From the NCBI GenBank assembly GCA_046484045.1, contig JAWOBZ010000003.1, positions 1 to 59,025 on the forward strand: a stretch of DNA of 59,025 nucleotides. Reading direction: 5' to 3'. Positions 27,435-37,357 of the stretch are shown piece by piece; within the stretch, counting starts at the first letter, position 1; every line of letters starts with the position of its first letter. A model generated the notes under the pieces. That model searched no databases. It was given only the letters and a program-made list of their open reading frames with translations, and was not told the origin of the DNA. A program made the translations under genes and the position numbers. Source of the stretch: Thermoplasmata archaeon (GTDB lineage Archaea; Thermoplasmatota; Thermoplasmata; Halarchaeoplasmatales; Halarchaeoplasmataceae).

Positions 27435-30400
27435 ATGACAAAAGGAAATAAGAAAAAATACTATTTCGGATGTTTGGCACATTTTATCGTATTTATCTTA
27501 CTGATGACATCATTTAGTGTAATTTTATACACTCATGATGGCTCTGAAAAAATGGTCAAAAGTAAATCAATCGAAATCATGGACAGCGGTACAGATGATG
27601 GATGGGGGTACAATTGGGTGAACAGTACAGGATCACCCTCGGTGCCGTATCTCTGGGAATATATCACCTTCGACGGAATTCCAACTGATCTTTCGTCAGA
27701 TGGATGGACTGATAAGATACCGTTAGGATTCAACTTTACTTTCTATGATGGGATCTACGATCATGTTTATATAAACTCAAATGGCTGGGTTAGTTTTACA
27801 GATCAAGCGGGATATCAAGAAGAGGATTTTCCTGGATACGATAGTTACAACTGTATCATATCTCCTTATTCCACAGACCTGAACCTTTCCGACGGAGAAG
27901 TCTATTACAAGCATGTTGAAAACGGTCATGATCGTTTCGTTGTAACGTGGGATAACGTGATGGACAATGGGAATCCACAAACATTTCAGGTTGTGCTCAA
28001 TGAAACCGGAGAATTCTGGTTCAATTATGAAACCCTTAACTCCCCTTCTGCAAACGTGGGTATAAATAATCAGAACAGTTCCATAGGTATCGATTACGAC
28101 TCTGAGGCATCTTTGATGTCCCAGCTTTCGGTCAAATTTGAATACACACCCCCATCATATCGTTTAATATCAACACCCGAATACAAGGGCAATTACGGCG
28201 ATGTAGGAGATGAGTTGTGGTATTCCATCAAGTTGAGAAATATCGGAACTAACGTCGACGCCTACGACTTAAACACGGTGGGAAGTACTTGGACGACTGA
28301 GATATACGATTCCACGATGACATCCGTGATCTCTACCATCACACTCGATTCGATGGAAACCAAAGAAATCGCTGTGAAGGTGGATATTCCTTCATCCGGA
28401 GTGACAGCTGGTGATTACGACACCGCGGAGTTGGTGATGACTTCTCAGAACGATGCTAGTTTGGAAAACACCGCGACACTGATCTCCAATGTTAAGGCAC
28501 CGATACTTTTGGTCGATGATGATTCATATATATATTCGTCTAACACGGATTACACTACAGAAAAATATTACATGGAGGCATTGGAAGATAACGGATATAC
28601 ATACAATTATTGGAATCACACTGCTTGGGGCACACCGGATGGGATATCTCCTGATACACACTACGTTACCATTTGGTTCACCGGAAACGATTACGGTGAT
28701 GACGGCGGTGAATGGGAAGGTTCCGACCCAACTTTGGATGGAACGGACAGAGCCGTACTATCGGAGTATCTAAATCATGGTGGTAGATTGTACTTGAGCT
28801 CAATATATTGTTATTATGATCTCACCTTTTACAGTGGTGACTGGTCACAGTGGCTAAGAGAGTATCTATCTATAGATGATTTTGTTGATGTTTATTCAGA
28901 GCATTCTTTTGAAGGCGTTCCTGGTGATACTATTGGAAACGAGCTTGACTTAAGCGTTTATTCTGGGGATTTTCACCCGCAGATGAGTTGGAATGCGACC
29001 TCACATGGAAAAACTGTTGACGATGGTGTGGTCACCCATCTGAACAGCACCAACGATCGTAACGTCTCGGTGAGAGCTGATAGCGGCAAGTTCAGAACCG
29101 TTTATACCGGCTTCGATTTCTCAACGGTCAACAATGGAACTGAAGGTAACCGAACCATACTCATGGGCAGGATAATAGACTGGCTAATACAGATACCACC
29201 TTATAAACCGAAAAATCCACTGCCTACCGACGGTCATGAAAGACTTCCCAACACAGTCAACCTAAGTATAGAAGTTAACGACTATAACGGAGACAGCATG
29301 AACGTGTCTTTTAGACGCGCTTCTGATAACAGTGTTATACAGAACGTCACCGATGTTCCTAGCGGTTCTAGGGCGGAGGTAGAACTATCGGGTCTAACCT
29401 ACGGCAAAACTTACCGATGGTATGCTGTAGCCATGGACGATATCGGAGAAAGTATCTCTGATACGTTTACCTTTACAATAAATAACCCCCCAAACAAGCC
29501 AATGGATCCTTCACCCTCTCATCAGTCCAGCGGCATGGAATATTCCGTAGAACTAAGCGTCAACGTTTCTGATGCAGACGGTGATTTAATGAACGTTACC
29601 TTTTATAATGGCCAGAACCATGAAATAATAGGTGAGAACCAAGGAGTACAAAATGATAGTCAAACTACAACACCTTGGTCAGATCTAGATTCGAGTGAGA
29701 TTTACTATTGGTATGTGATCTCTGATGATGGTGTGATCCAAACTAAGTCTGATACATGGACTTTCGTAACTAATACAAAACCAAGTGCTCCATCAGATCC
29801 CAAACCATACGATGGCGAAAAAGCGGTCGGGATAGGTAACCTCTCCCTGAGTACATATGTAACAGATCCAGAAGGTGATGTTATGGATGTAACTTTTTAT
29901 GATGCTTCAGACGACAGCGTCATCGGTAGAAATAATGAAGTAGTGAGCGGAACCAGAGCAGAAACGGATTGGGAAGGTTTAACAGAACCTGGAAAAGAAT
30001 TCAAGTGGTACGCAATTGCAGATGACGGATTGGATACAAGAAGATCTTTAACATTTTCGTTCATCTCAAATCATCCACCTGAGACCCCAATAAATCCCTC
30101 ACCTGAGGACGGTGAAACAGATGTTGGGACCACCGTGATAATAAGTGTTGATTTAGCTGATATTGATGAAGAACTCATGAATGTGACCTTCTTTGATGCA
30201 TCAGATGATACTGAGATCGGAAACAGAACCGAGGTGGATAACGGAACTGAAGCTGTTACATGGCGTAATCTTGAAACTGATAATACATATGAATGGTATG
30301 TTGTTGTATCAGATGGAAAAGACGAAGTAACTTCTTCAACATGGTCTTTTACTACAGAGAGCGGGAATCCCCCGCCGGATGCACCGACTAATCCTTCACC

Positions 30401-31772
30401 ATCTCACGAAGAAACGGGGGTATCGACTTCTCCCACTTTGAGCGTGGACGTTTCCGACCCCGATGGAGATACGATGTCCGTTACATTCTACGACGCTTCG
30501 GACAACAGCACTATAGACAGTCAAACAGGAGTGGCGAGTGGAGGTTTCGCTTCCGTAACGTGGTCTGGATTATCAGCTCAAACACCTTATCAGTGGTATG
30601 TGATAGTCAATGACGGTGAATCTGATACAAAATCGGACACATGGAACTTTACAACCGGAGTTGGAAATCAAGCACCGGATTCGCCGATAAATGCTTCACC
30701 ACCGGATGGAGCGACAGACACTTCATTATCCCCTGACTTGAGCGTAGAGGTTTCAGATCCCGATGGAGACACACTTACTGTGACATTCTACGACGCATCG
30801 GATGATAGTGAGATAGACAGTGATTCAGGCGTATCTAGCGGCAGCACTTCGTCAGTAACATGGACAGGGCTGTCATCAGAAACAGAATATGAATGGTACG
30901 TTATAGTTGAAGACAACGAATTATCTACTGAATCAGATACATGGTCTTTCACCACCGGTGTTGATGATACACCGCCAAGCATAGTCTCAACTACACCAAG
31001 TGATGGAGCAACCGATGTGGATACGGACACTGATATTGAGATCGTACTAGATGAAGCAATAGATTCCAATAATATAGATATAACAATTTCATCAAACGAT
31101 GGAGATGTTTCGGGTACGCCTGAATTATCCACAAACAACAAAGAGATAACGTTTACACCCGACAGCGACTTGAGCCCTGATACGGAGTACACGGTTAGTT
31201 TAACGGTACAAGATTATTCAGGGAACATACTCACTCATGAATTCACATTCACTACTGCAGCAGGAGCGGACAGCGACGGAGACGGTATGCCGGATGAGTG
31301 GGAGATTGAACACGGACTCGATCCAAATGATCCCGACGACGCGGATAAAGACCCGGACGGAGACGGTAAAACCAACTTGGAAGAGTACCAAGAGGGGACA
31401 GATCCACAGAAAGCGGAAGGAGACGATGGATTCCCGATGTGGATCATAGCAGTGATTGTGGTTATCGGTGTAGCAGTCGTTTTCCTGTTCTTCTTCATGC
31501 AAAAAGGAAAAGAGGGAGATGTCGAAGGAACGGAAGAAGAGTCTGAAGATCTCCTAGAGGACGAAGAAGATGAAGAACTAGGTGAAGATATCTTTGAAGA
31601 AGACGAAGAAGGATCAGTAGAAGAATTAGAGGATGACATCTTTGAAGAAGACGAAGAAGGATCAGTAGAAGGATTAGAGGATGACATCTTCGAAGAGGAG
31701 GGCGAAGGATCAGTAGAGGAATTAGAGGCTGAAGACACCTTCGAAGAGGAAAACGAAATAGAAGAACAATAA
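27435..31772 (+). CDS. giant surface protein (adhesin-like)
   Basis: Domain order: signal anchor, NIDO-like domain, CARDB/NEW3-like domain, six 98-aa beta-sandwich modules, SbsA-type Ig domain, TSP3-like Ca-binding repeats, TM helix, acidic tail. Supporting motifs are the N-terminal hydrophobic anchor, 'FNFTFYDGIYDHVYINSNGWVSF' (NIDO-like), the SbsA_Ig-like 'PPSIVSTTPSDGATDV...', 'DSDGDGMPDEWE..DPDGDGKTNLEE', the TM 'FPMWIIAVIVVIGVAVVFLFFF', and a D/E-rich tail. Confidence 0.85.
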   Translation: MTKGNKKKYYFGCLAHFIVFILLMTSFSVILYTHDGSEKMVKSKSIEIMDSGTDDGWGYNWVNSTGSPSVPYLWEYITFDGIPTDLSSDGWTDKIPLGFNFTFYDGIYDHVYINSNGWVSFTDQAGYQEEDFPGYDSYNCIISPYSTDLNLSDGEVYYKHVENGHDRFVVTWDNVMDNGNPQTFQVVLNETGEFWFNYETLNSPSANVGINNQNSSIGIDYDSEASLMSQLSVKFEYTPPSYRLISTPEYKGNYGDVGDELWYSIKLRNIGTNVDAYDLNTVGSTWTTEIYDSTMTSVISTITLDSMETKEIAVKVDIPSSGVTAGDYDTAELVMTSQNDASLENTATLISNVKAPILLVDDDSYIYSSNTDYTTEKYYMEALEDNGYTYNYWNHTAWGTPDGISPDTHYVTIWFTGNDYGDDGGEWEGSDPTLDGTDRAVLSEYLNHGGRLYLSSIYCYYDLTFYSGDWSQWLREYLSIDDFVDVYSEHSFEGVPGDTIGNELDLSVYSGDFHPQMSWNATSHGKTVDDGVVTHLNSTNDRNVSVRADSGKFRTVYTGFDFSTVNNGTEGNRTILMGRIIDWLIQIPPYKPKNPLPTDGHERLPNTVNLSIEVNDYNGDSMNVSFRRASDNSVIQNVTDVPSGSRAEVELSGLTYGKTYRWYAVAMDDIGESISDTFTFTINNPPNKPMDPSPSHQSSGMEYSVELSVNVSDADGDLMNVTFYNGQNHEIIGENQGVQNDSQTTTPWSDLDSSEIYYWYVISDDGVIQTKSDTWTFVTNTKPSAPSDPKPYDGEKAVGIGNLSLSTYVTDPEGDVMDVTFYDASDDSVIGRNNEVVSGTRAETDWEGLTEPGKEFKWYAIADDGLDTRRSLTFSFISNHPPETPINPSPEDGETDVGTTVIISVDLADIDEELMNVTFFDASDDTEIGNRTEVDNGTEAVTWRNLETDNTYEWYVVVSDGKDEVTSSTWSFTTESGNPPPDAPTNPSPSHEETGVSTSPTLSVDVSDPDGDTMSVTFYDASDNSTIDSQTGVASGGFASVTWSGLSAQTPYQWYVIVNDGESDTKSDTWNFTTGVGNQAPDSPINASPPDGATDTSLSPDLSVEVSDPDGDTLTVTFYDASDDSEIDSDSGVSSGSTSSVTWTGLSSETEYEWYVIVEDNELSTESDTWSFTTGVDDTPPSIVSTTPSDGATDVDTDTDIEIVLDEAIDSNNIDITISSNDGDVSGTPELSTNNKEITFTPDSDLSPDTEYTVSLTVQDYSGNILTHEFTFTTAAGADSDGDGMPDEWEIEHGLDPNDPDDADKDPDGDGKTNLEEYQEGTDPQKAEGDDGFPMWIIAVIVVIGVAVVFLFFFMQKGKEGDVEGTEEESEDLLEDEEDEELGEDIFEEDEEGSVEELEDDIFEEDEEGSVEGLEDDIFEEEGEGSVEELEAEDTFEEENEIEEQ
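29196..30959 (+). repeat. six tandem 98-aa (294-nt) protein modules
   Basis: Each module reads P-x-x-P-x-(N/D)P-x-P...LSV.V.D.DGD.M.VTFYDASD...W..L.....Y.WY....DG......TW.FTT. The span is 1764 nt, which is 6 x 294. The last two copies are the most similar. Confidence 0.85.
31587..31751 (+). repeat. 48-nt tandem repeat (3.4 copies) encoding DIFEEDEEGSVEELED
   Basis: Copies start at 31587, 31635 and 31683 (the third carries a 3-nt insertion), with a partial copy at 31734. The repeat lies in the cytoplasmic acidic tail. Confidence 0.85.
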
Positions 31773-31851
31773 TCACTTAGTGGAAACCAAAAACCCCTTC
31801 CCTCTATAATATTACTTAAAAAAATCATTATATAATGGTATTATTATCGGT

Positions 31852-33216
31852 GTGAGTAAAAATCGTGATAAACAGTTGAGCGTGATAAATTTGGAAAAAG
31901 CCGAAGTGATCAGCAGAGTTCAAGAAGAGAACGTTAAATTCGTAGAGATGCAGTTCATGGACCTACTGGGTGGTGTGAAAACGGTATCAGTCCCTGCTAG
32001 CCATCTAGAAAGGTCGATAGAGGAGGGAGTCCTATTCGACGGGTCATCCATTGTAGGATACGCAACCATAGAAGAGTCGGATCTCAGGGCCTATCCCGAT
32101 CTTGACACATTCTTGGTATTCCCATGGTCCGATGATAAGATAAAAACCGGCAGGATGATATGTGACATCTACCACTCCGATGGAGATAGATTCGAAGGAG
32201 ACCCTAGATTCATCTTACATCGGCAGATGGAAAGGGCGGAAAAGATGGGATACAAATTCAACGTTGGTCCTGAGTTTGAATTTTTCCTATTTAAAATGGA
32301 TGAAAACGGTAATCCAACAGTGATACCGGACGATACTGGTGGCTACTTCGATCTTATGCCTCTGGATAGGGCGGATAAAGTTAGGAAGGAGTGCAACCTT
32401 TATTTCCAACAGATGGGATTCGAAGTGGAAGCGTCACACCACGAAGTGGCCAATGGCCAGCACGAGATCGACTTGAGGTACAAAGAAGCGATGACCATGG
32501 CGGATTACATCCTAACGCTCAAACATGGTATTAAGACCGTGGCCAAGCTAAACAACCTGCACGCTACGTTCATGCCGAAGCCGATATCCGGCGTCAACGG
32601 GACGGGTATGCACGTACATCAGAGTTTTTTTGACAAGGATGGAAACAATTCATTCTACGATGAAAGTAAACCCGATGGATTGAGTGATATCATGAAGAAC
32701 TATCTGGGAGGGCTGCTCGAACACGCCGATGAGATGTGCTCGGTATTGAATTCCTCAGTTAACTCTTACAAGAGATTGATACCTGGGTACGAAGCACCGG
32801 TTTACATCACATGGGCTTTCCTCAATAGAAGTGTATTAGCCAGGATACCAGCGGGTAGGGGTAAAGCAACCAGGATCGAGATTAGGAACCCGGACCCCGG
32901 GGGAAATCCCTACCTCCAATTCGCAGTTCTGCTGTCGGCGGGTCTAGATGGAATAGAAAATAAGATATCTCCACAACCACCGGCTGAACAGGATATTTTC
33001 TCCTTGACACATAAGGAAAGACATGAATTTGGTATCAAATCTCTACCCTCCAATCTTGGACATGCATTGTCCTTAACCGAGGAAAGTGAATTCATGAAGA
33101 AAACGCTCGGGGAGCACACACATAGACATTTCCTGCATAAGAAGAGGGAAGAATGGAACGAGTACCGACAGCAGGTGACGGATTGGGAAATAAAGAAATA
33201 CCTATCAAAACTATAA
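31852..33216 (+). CDS. glnA: glutamine synthetase, type I
   Basis: 'VKFVEMQFMDLLGGVK', 'FMPKPISGVNGTGMHVHQS', 'NSYKRLIPGYEAP'. GTG start as given in the ORF track. Confidence 0.9.
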   Translation: MSKNRDKQLSVINLEKAEVISRVQEENVKFVEMQFMDLLGGVKTVSVPASHLERSIEEGVLFDGSSIVGYATIEESDLRAYPDLDTFLVFPWSDDKIKTGRMICDIYHSDGDRFEGDPRFILHRQMERAEKMGYKFNVGPEFEFFLFKMDENGNPTVIPDDTGGYFDLMPLDRADKVRKECNLYFQQMGFEVEASHHEVANGQHEIDLRYKEAMTMADYILTLKHGIKTVAKLNNLHATFMPKPISGVNGTGMHVHQSFFDKDGNNSFYDESKPDGLSDIMKNYLGGLLEHADEMCSVLNSSVNSYKRLIPGYEAPVYITWAFLNRSVLARIPAGRGKATRIEIRNPDPGGNPYLQFAVLLSAGLDGIENKISPQPPAEQDIFSLTHKERHEFGIKSLPSNLGHALSLTEESEFMKKTLGEHTHRHFLHKKREEWNEYRQQVTDWEIKKYLSKL

Positions 33217-33248
33217 TACACTATAATATATAAGACCGTTAAACTAGA

Positions 33249-33983
33249 ATGAAGAACATGATAGAACCAGAGCCTTTATGGAATACCAGGATACTTTCAG
33301 TTGACAATACATTGGTGATCGCAGACTTACATATAGGGTACGAGAGAGAACTGGAGGAGAAAGGTATCCAAGTCACTTCCAAAACGAGTAAGATGGTAAA
33401 ATCAGTAGCGGCTCATCTGAAAAGTGAAGAGGTCACCCGTTTGATAATTAATGGTGACGTGAAACATAACATCCCTTCGGGTAGTTGGCAGGAATACGAA
33501 GAGATCCCTAGAGCCATGGACAGGTGGCTTTCTCATGTAGATGAGATACACGTGTTCCCTGGTAATCACGATGGAGGTATAGAATCCTACCTCCCCTCCG
33601 AAGTGATAATACATGAATCAAGAGGAGATATAATCGACGGTATAGGTTATTTTCATGGACATGCCAATCCCTCAGATAACGTACTGGATGCTGAGATAAT
33701 AATTACAGCACACACTCATCCGGCAGTGACTCTCTTGGACAGTTTAGGTAACAGAGAGAAATATATTTGCTGGATCAAATTTGATTACATCTATAACGAC
33801 TCCATGGGAAAAGGAATAATCATGCCCCCTCTAAATCCACTGCTCGGTGGTGTTAGTTTCAATGAAGACGGTTATCTAGGCCCGTTTCTGAACAATATCG
33901 ATAAAGAAAATGTATCTATACACCTTCTAGATGGAACACAGTTGGGCAAATCGAATCAAAATTTTGAGCATTATATAGATTGA
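33249..33983 (+). CDS. calcineurin-like metallophosphoesterase (MJ0037-type)
   Basis: 'LVIADLHIG', 'INGDVKHN', 'PGNHDG', 'FHGHAN', 'ITAHTHP'. Confidence 0.8.
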   Translation: MKNMIEPEPLWNTRILSVDNTLVIADLHIGYERELEEKGIQVTSKTSKMVKSVAAHLKSEEVTRLIINGDVKHNIPSGSWQEYEEIPRAMDRWLSHVDEIHVFPGNHDGGIESYLPSEVIIHESRGDIIDGIGYFHGHANPSDNVLDAEIIITAHTHPAVTLLDSLGNREKYICWIKFDYIYNDSMGKGIIMPPLNPLLGGVSFNEDGYLGPFLNNIDKENVSIHLLDGTQLGKSNQNFEHYID

Positions 33984-33995
33984 AAAATATGCATA

Positions 33996-34508
33996 TCACA
34001 GATAATCTTTCTCTTCACTAAGGTCTATCATCAGAGCTATGCATACCTTTGAAGTTGATATGCCAACGTTTTTAGCTGCGAGACCCCCTTTCAAAGATAT
34101 CTTTGATCTGATATTATGTATTTGGGCCGTATCTATTGCACCCCCCACCGCCATGCCCATATCGATCAAATGGAAGGCGCAGTTCGGTCCTTCGAAGATC
34201 CCCTTGATCTTATTATCTGAAAAATCTTCACAGTTTTTGAAACCGCATGCTCTGCAGTCCAGATCCAGAGGCGGATGCTCTTCAAGACCTATGATTATGA
34301 CTTTAGCGGCCTCTCTGATTATCTCTCCTTCGTAGCTGTAAGAGTCATCATTCAGCTCATCCGACATCTGAAACATCTCTTCTGTTAAAATCTCTTTTTC
34401 CGCTTTATCTAGTAACGTTATCTTAAGATAGGATTCACCCAATGATTTAGGAGCCGTTCTAGCGGATATCGCCATAAGGTTAGATATCAGTTCGATACTG
34501 TCTTCCAT
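33996..34508 (-). CDS. DUF2148-like Cys-containing protein
   Basis: 'LDCRACGFKNCEDF' plus 'GPNCAF', in a 170-aa protein resembling the DUF2148 family. Recalled from memory only. Confidence 0.5.
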   Translation of the reverse strand: MEDSIELISNLMAISARTAPKSLGESYLKITLLDKAEKEILTEEMFQMSDELNDDSYSYEGEIIREAAKVIIIGLEEHPPLDLDCRACGFKNCEDFSDNKIKGIFEGPNCAFHLIDMGMAVGGAIDTAQIHNIRSKISLKGGLAAKNVGISTSKVCIALMIDLSEEKDYL

Positions 34509-34539
34509 TTTTCCACACCTGTGTCGTAAGGATAGCGTC

Positions 34540-34947
34540 CTATAAATTTAAAGGTTTGTATAGATGATTTCCTAAAGCGATCAAAGCGCCTAACAATGCC
34601 AAAAAACCCGAAATGGCACCGACTAAACCACCGAAAAAAATTAACACAATCGAAAATGCTGTAGCCAAGACCACCATCTTCAGATATTTATAAGTCTGGC
34701 TGTCCTTTTCAACCAGGTGAACGGTAACGAATAAAAGGAGTGCTCCGAAGATTACGTTTACTAAAAGGTGTATGAACGAAAAGAGGGAATAATCTGTACT
34801 AAAAAAGAATATAAAGTGAAGAAAACCCATGATGATAGATAGATATGCGCCTAAGAAAAGAAGAGTAGAATGTAATGAGAGTTCTTCCAGGTCTGATATC
34901 GATCTGGGTGATGTTTCCACAATCTTATCTATGGTCTCTTCGATCAT
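34540..34947 (-). CDS. small integral membrane protein (3-4 TM)
   Basis: Hydrophobic segments 'LLFLGAYLSIIMGFLHFIFFF', 'LVNVIFGALLLFVTV' and 'VVLATAFSIVLIFFGGLVGAISGFLALLGALIALG'. Confidence 0.5.
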   Translation of the reverse strand: MIEETIDKIVETSPRSISDLEELSLHSTLLFLGAYLSIIMGFLHFIFFFSTDYSLFSFIHLLVNVIFGALLLFVTVHLVEKDSQTYKYLKMVVLATAFSIVLIFFGGLVGAISGFLALLGALIALGNHLYKPLNL

Positions 34948-35124
34948 GTATCTCTATCCGAATTTTTTAATCCGGAATATCTATAAAATGTTTGTCATTA
35001 TTGATGAAGAAGGTTCGTAATTGTGGCGACGTGAGACGGTCAATGCAGATGCAGATGTGTAATATATGTGTAATATATTAGTAATAGTTTTCATTTCAGC
35101 AGTAAAAAGGTAAGGAAAGATAAT

Positions 35125-35958
35125 ATGAGATTGATAGTATCCTCTAAGGAAGACAAGGCTAGCATGAATATTTTGGATAAATTATTAGATCATGACTGGA
35201 ACGAGATCGGAGAATATCGGGGGAATCCGGTATATCAAAAAGAAACCGATATGATAGTGACGGTCAATGAGCATCACATCTACGTGGATAACATCGATAA
35301 GGAGGTTGAAGATATATTTGAATTCGATATCGATCATGTCGTATTCATTTCTAAGCACGCATCAAAAGCGGGCATCCACTCTTTGACCGTTCATCCCATC
35401 GGTAATTACGGAGAAGCGAAATTCGGTGGAATCGAGGGGAGATTGGTCCCGCCAGCCCCTGAATCGATGACTAAAGCTCTTCGAGTTCTTTGGAAAAAAG
35501 CCAGAGAGACCGGAATGATAAGCGAATACGAGGTATCTTTCGAAGCCACACACCACGGCCCATATCTTGAAAAACCTACGTACTATATCGAGATAGGCAG
35601 CGACGAAAGCTGTTGGCAGGACGACAGAGCTGGTAGCGTCATAGCCGATACGGTGATGTCTGTTGAAAAAACTGAAAACAAACCGAATTTGGTAGGCATC
35701 GGAGGAGGGCATTATGCACCTGCCTTTACCGACATCTCGAGACATCATGAAGTCAACATGGGTCACATGGTGCCGGGATGGGCGGTAAAATCGTTGAACA
35801 AGGATAATCTTGCAGATGCTGTGGAATTATCCGATGCGGATCATGTTATATTGGATGATGGATTGAAGGGAAGTAAGAGAAAAAAGGTGCTGGAGATTTT
35901 AGAGGAATTAAATGTAGAAATTATTACAGAAAAGGAGATCAGTGAAAGATATGACTAA
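35125..35958 (+). CDS. dtdA: D-aminoacyl-tRNA deacylase, archaeal DTD2 type
   Basis: 'MRLIVSSKEDKASMNILDKLL' start, 'SKHAS', 'FEATHHGP', 'GGGHYAP'. Confidence 0.75.
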   Translation: MRLIVSSKEDKASMNILDKLLDHDWNEIGEYRGNPVYQKETDMIVTVNEHHIYVDNIDKEVEDIFEFDIDHVVFISKHASKAGIHSLTVHPIGNYGEAKFGGIEGRLVPPAPESMTKALRVLWKKARETGMISEYEVSFEATHHGPYLEKPTYYIEIGSDESCWQDDRAGSVIADTVMSVEKTENKPNLVGIGGGHYAPAFTDISRHHEVNMGHMVPGWAVKSLNKDNLADAVELSDADHVILDDGLKGSKRKKVLEILEELNVEIITEKEISERYD

Positions 35959-35965
35959 ACCATCT

Positions 35966-37255
35966 TCACTTTTTCTCCCATCTCTCCAGCTCCATAACAA
36001 CGGATAGTGTTTTCCCCTCTTTGATCTCCTCCCGTATCCTGTTTTCCTTTTCCAAAACATCTACAGCCCTATTTGCTATCAGGTGTGCTTCCTCTTTAGG
36101 TATCACCATAACACCGCTGTCGTCGCCGACTATCCAATCTCCAGGTTTGACGTCAACGTCACCACATTCAATATCGTCCTGAAGTCCACCGTAACCTTTG
36201 GGTTCCCCAGCATTAGAAGATGAGTATTTTGCGAATATAGGGAAATCTATCTCCTTGATCTCATCAACATCTCTGACGGCTCCGTCGATTACGACTCCCT
36301 CCACACCTTTCATCTTACAAGACCAAGACGCTAACTCACCCCAAACTGCAGTCCTTCCGCCTCCCGCATCTATCACGATAACATCTCCCTCTTCAGCTTT
36401 TTCAATAGCCTCTACGGGTTTAGCCCAATCACCGTCTACGGTTCTAACGGTGAATGCTTTCCCGATGATTTTACTACCTGGTGAAGTGATCTGTTTGATA
36501 TCGTCCATGCACGGCTTCCTATGCATAGCATCTGATATATTAGGTGTGGATACCTTCTCTAAAGCTTCCTTAATATTCACTTTAGAGAATTTCTTTGTGA
36601 CCTCGGATTCGATGGCTTGACCCGTTTCGATAGATTTCTTGATCTTCTGAGCAGCGTTTTTCACATCCTTCGCTTTGATTATGGCACCACCCACTATTAC
36701 TATCTCTGCACCTTTTTCAACAAGGGCGGGAGCGGTTTCAGAATTTATGCCACCGGCCACTGCTACGGGTACCGTACTTACTTCTACGACTTTACCAAGT
36801 GTATCCAAGGGATCCTCACCTCTCATCTGTGCGTCGATTCCGACGTGAACCCCTATGTAATCAGCACCGAGTTCACAGACTTCCTTCGTTCTCGTTACGA
36901 TATCATCGACTCGGATCATATCTACCATTATCTCGGCATCGTAGTTCTTCGCGGACCTGACGCCTTCTTTGATCGTCTCGTCATCGGATGCACCCAAGAT
37001 GCCTATGATATCGGCTCCCGCTTTTGCAGCAATCTCGACCTCAACCCCACCGACATCCATCGTTTTCATGTCTGCAAAGATCACTTTGTCCGGGAAGGAT
37101 TCCTTCAACTTCCTCACCGATTCCATCCCTTCAGATTTTATTAGAGGTGTACCCGCTTCGATGACATCCACCCCACCTTCTACTGCGGACCTACAAATAT
37201 TTAGAGCTCTCTCCAAGTTCATCAAGTCCAAAGCTACCTGCAACTTTGCGCACAT
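35966..37255 (-). CDS. fusion of 3-hexulose-6-phosphate synthase (OMPDC-fold) and an RraA-like domain
   Basis: The N-terminus 'KLQVALDL...GVDVIEAGTPL' is HPS-like. The C-terminus 'GELASWSCKMKGVEGVVIDGAVRDVDEI' is RraA/DlpA-like. Confidence 0.8.
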   Translation of the reverse strand: MCAKLQVALDLMNLERALNICRSAVEGGVDVIEAGTPLIKSEGMESVRKLKESFPDKVIFADMKTMDVGGVEVEIAAKAGADIIGILGASDDETIKEGVRSAKNYDAEIMVDMIRVDDIVTRTKEVCELGADYIGVHVGIDAQMRGEDPLDTLGKVVEVSTVPVAVAGGINSETAPALVEKGAEIVIVGGAIIKAKDVKNAAQKIKKSIETGQAIESEVTKKFSKVNIKEALEKVSTPNISDAMHRKPCMDDIKQITSPGSKIIGKAFTVRTVDGDWAKPVEAIEKAEEGDVIVIDAGGGRTAVWGELASWSCKMKGVEGVVIDGAVRDVDEIKEIDFPIFAKYSSSNAGEPKGYGGLQDDIECGDVDVKPGDWIVGDDSGVMVIPKEEAHLIANRAVDVLEKENRIREEIKEGKTLSVVMELERWEKK

Positions 37256-37357
37256 ATCTATTTAAAAGAGGGCATCGATTAAAAATATATCGAAAGAATT
37301 GAAAGGTATTTTCTCATATTACAAAATAAAAAATCAAAAAAATAATAAAACTACTCA

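Noticed and set aside
31425-31500. PGF-CTERM/archaeosortase sorting signal at the C-terminus of the 1445-aa protein ('DGFPMW' plus TM)
   Set aside because: The motif is GFP rather than PGF, and the helix is followed by about 90 acidic residues instead of a short basic tail. This does not fit a cleaved sorting signal.
31235-31828. 197-aa and 93-aa minus-strand ORFs over the 3' end of the adhesin-like gene
   Set aside because: They are antisense to the acidic-tail tandem repeat. The poly-Ser composition is an artefact of GAA/GAG-rich sense codons.
35055-35076. 11-bp tandem duplication ATGTGTAATAT x2, plus GCAGAT x2, upstream of dtdA
   Set aside because: The repeat is real but only two copies, AT-rich and in a promoter region. 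It is most simply a duplicated TATA-like element or slippage, and too little to support a separate feature.
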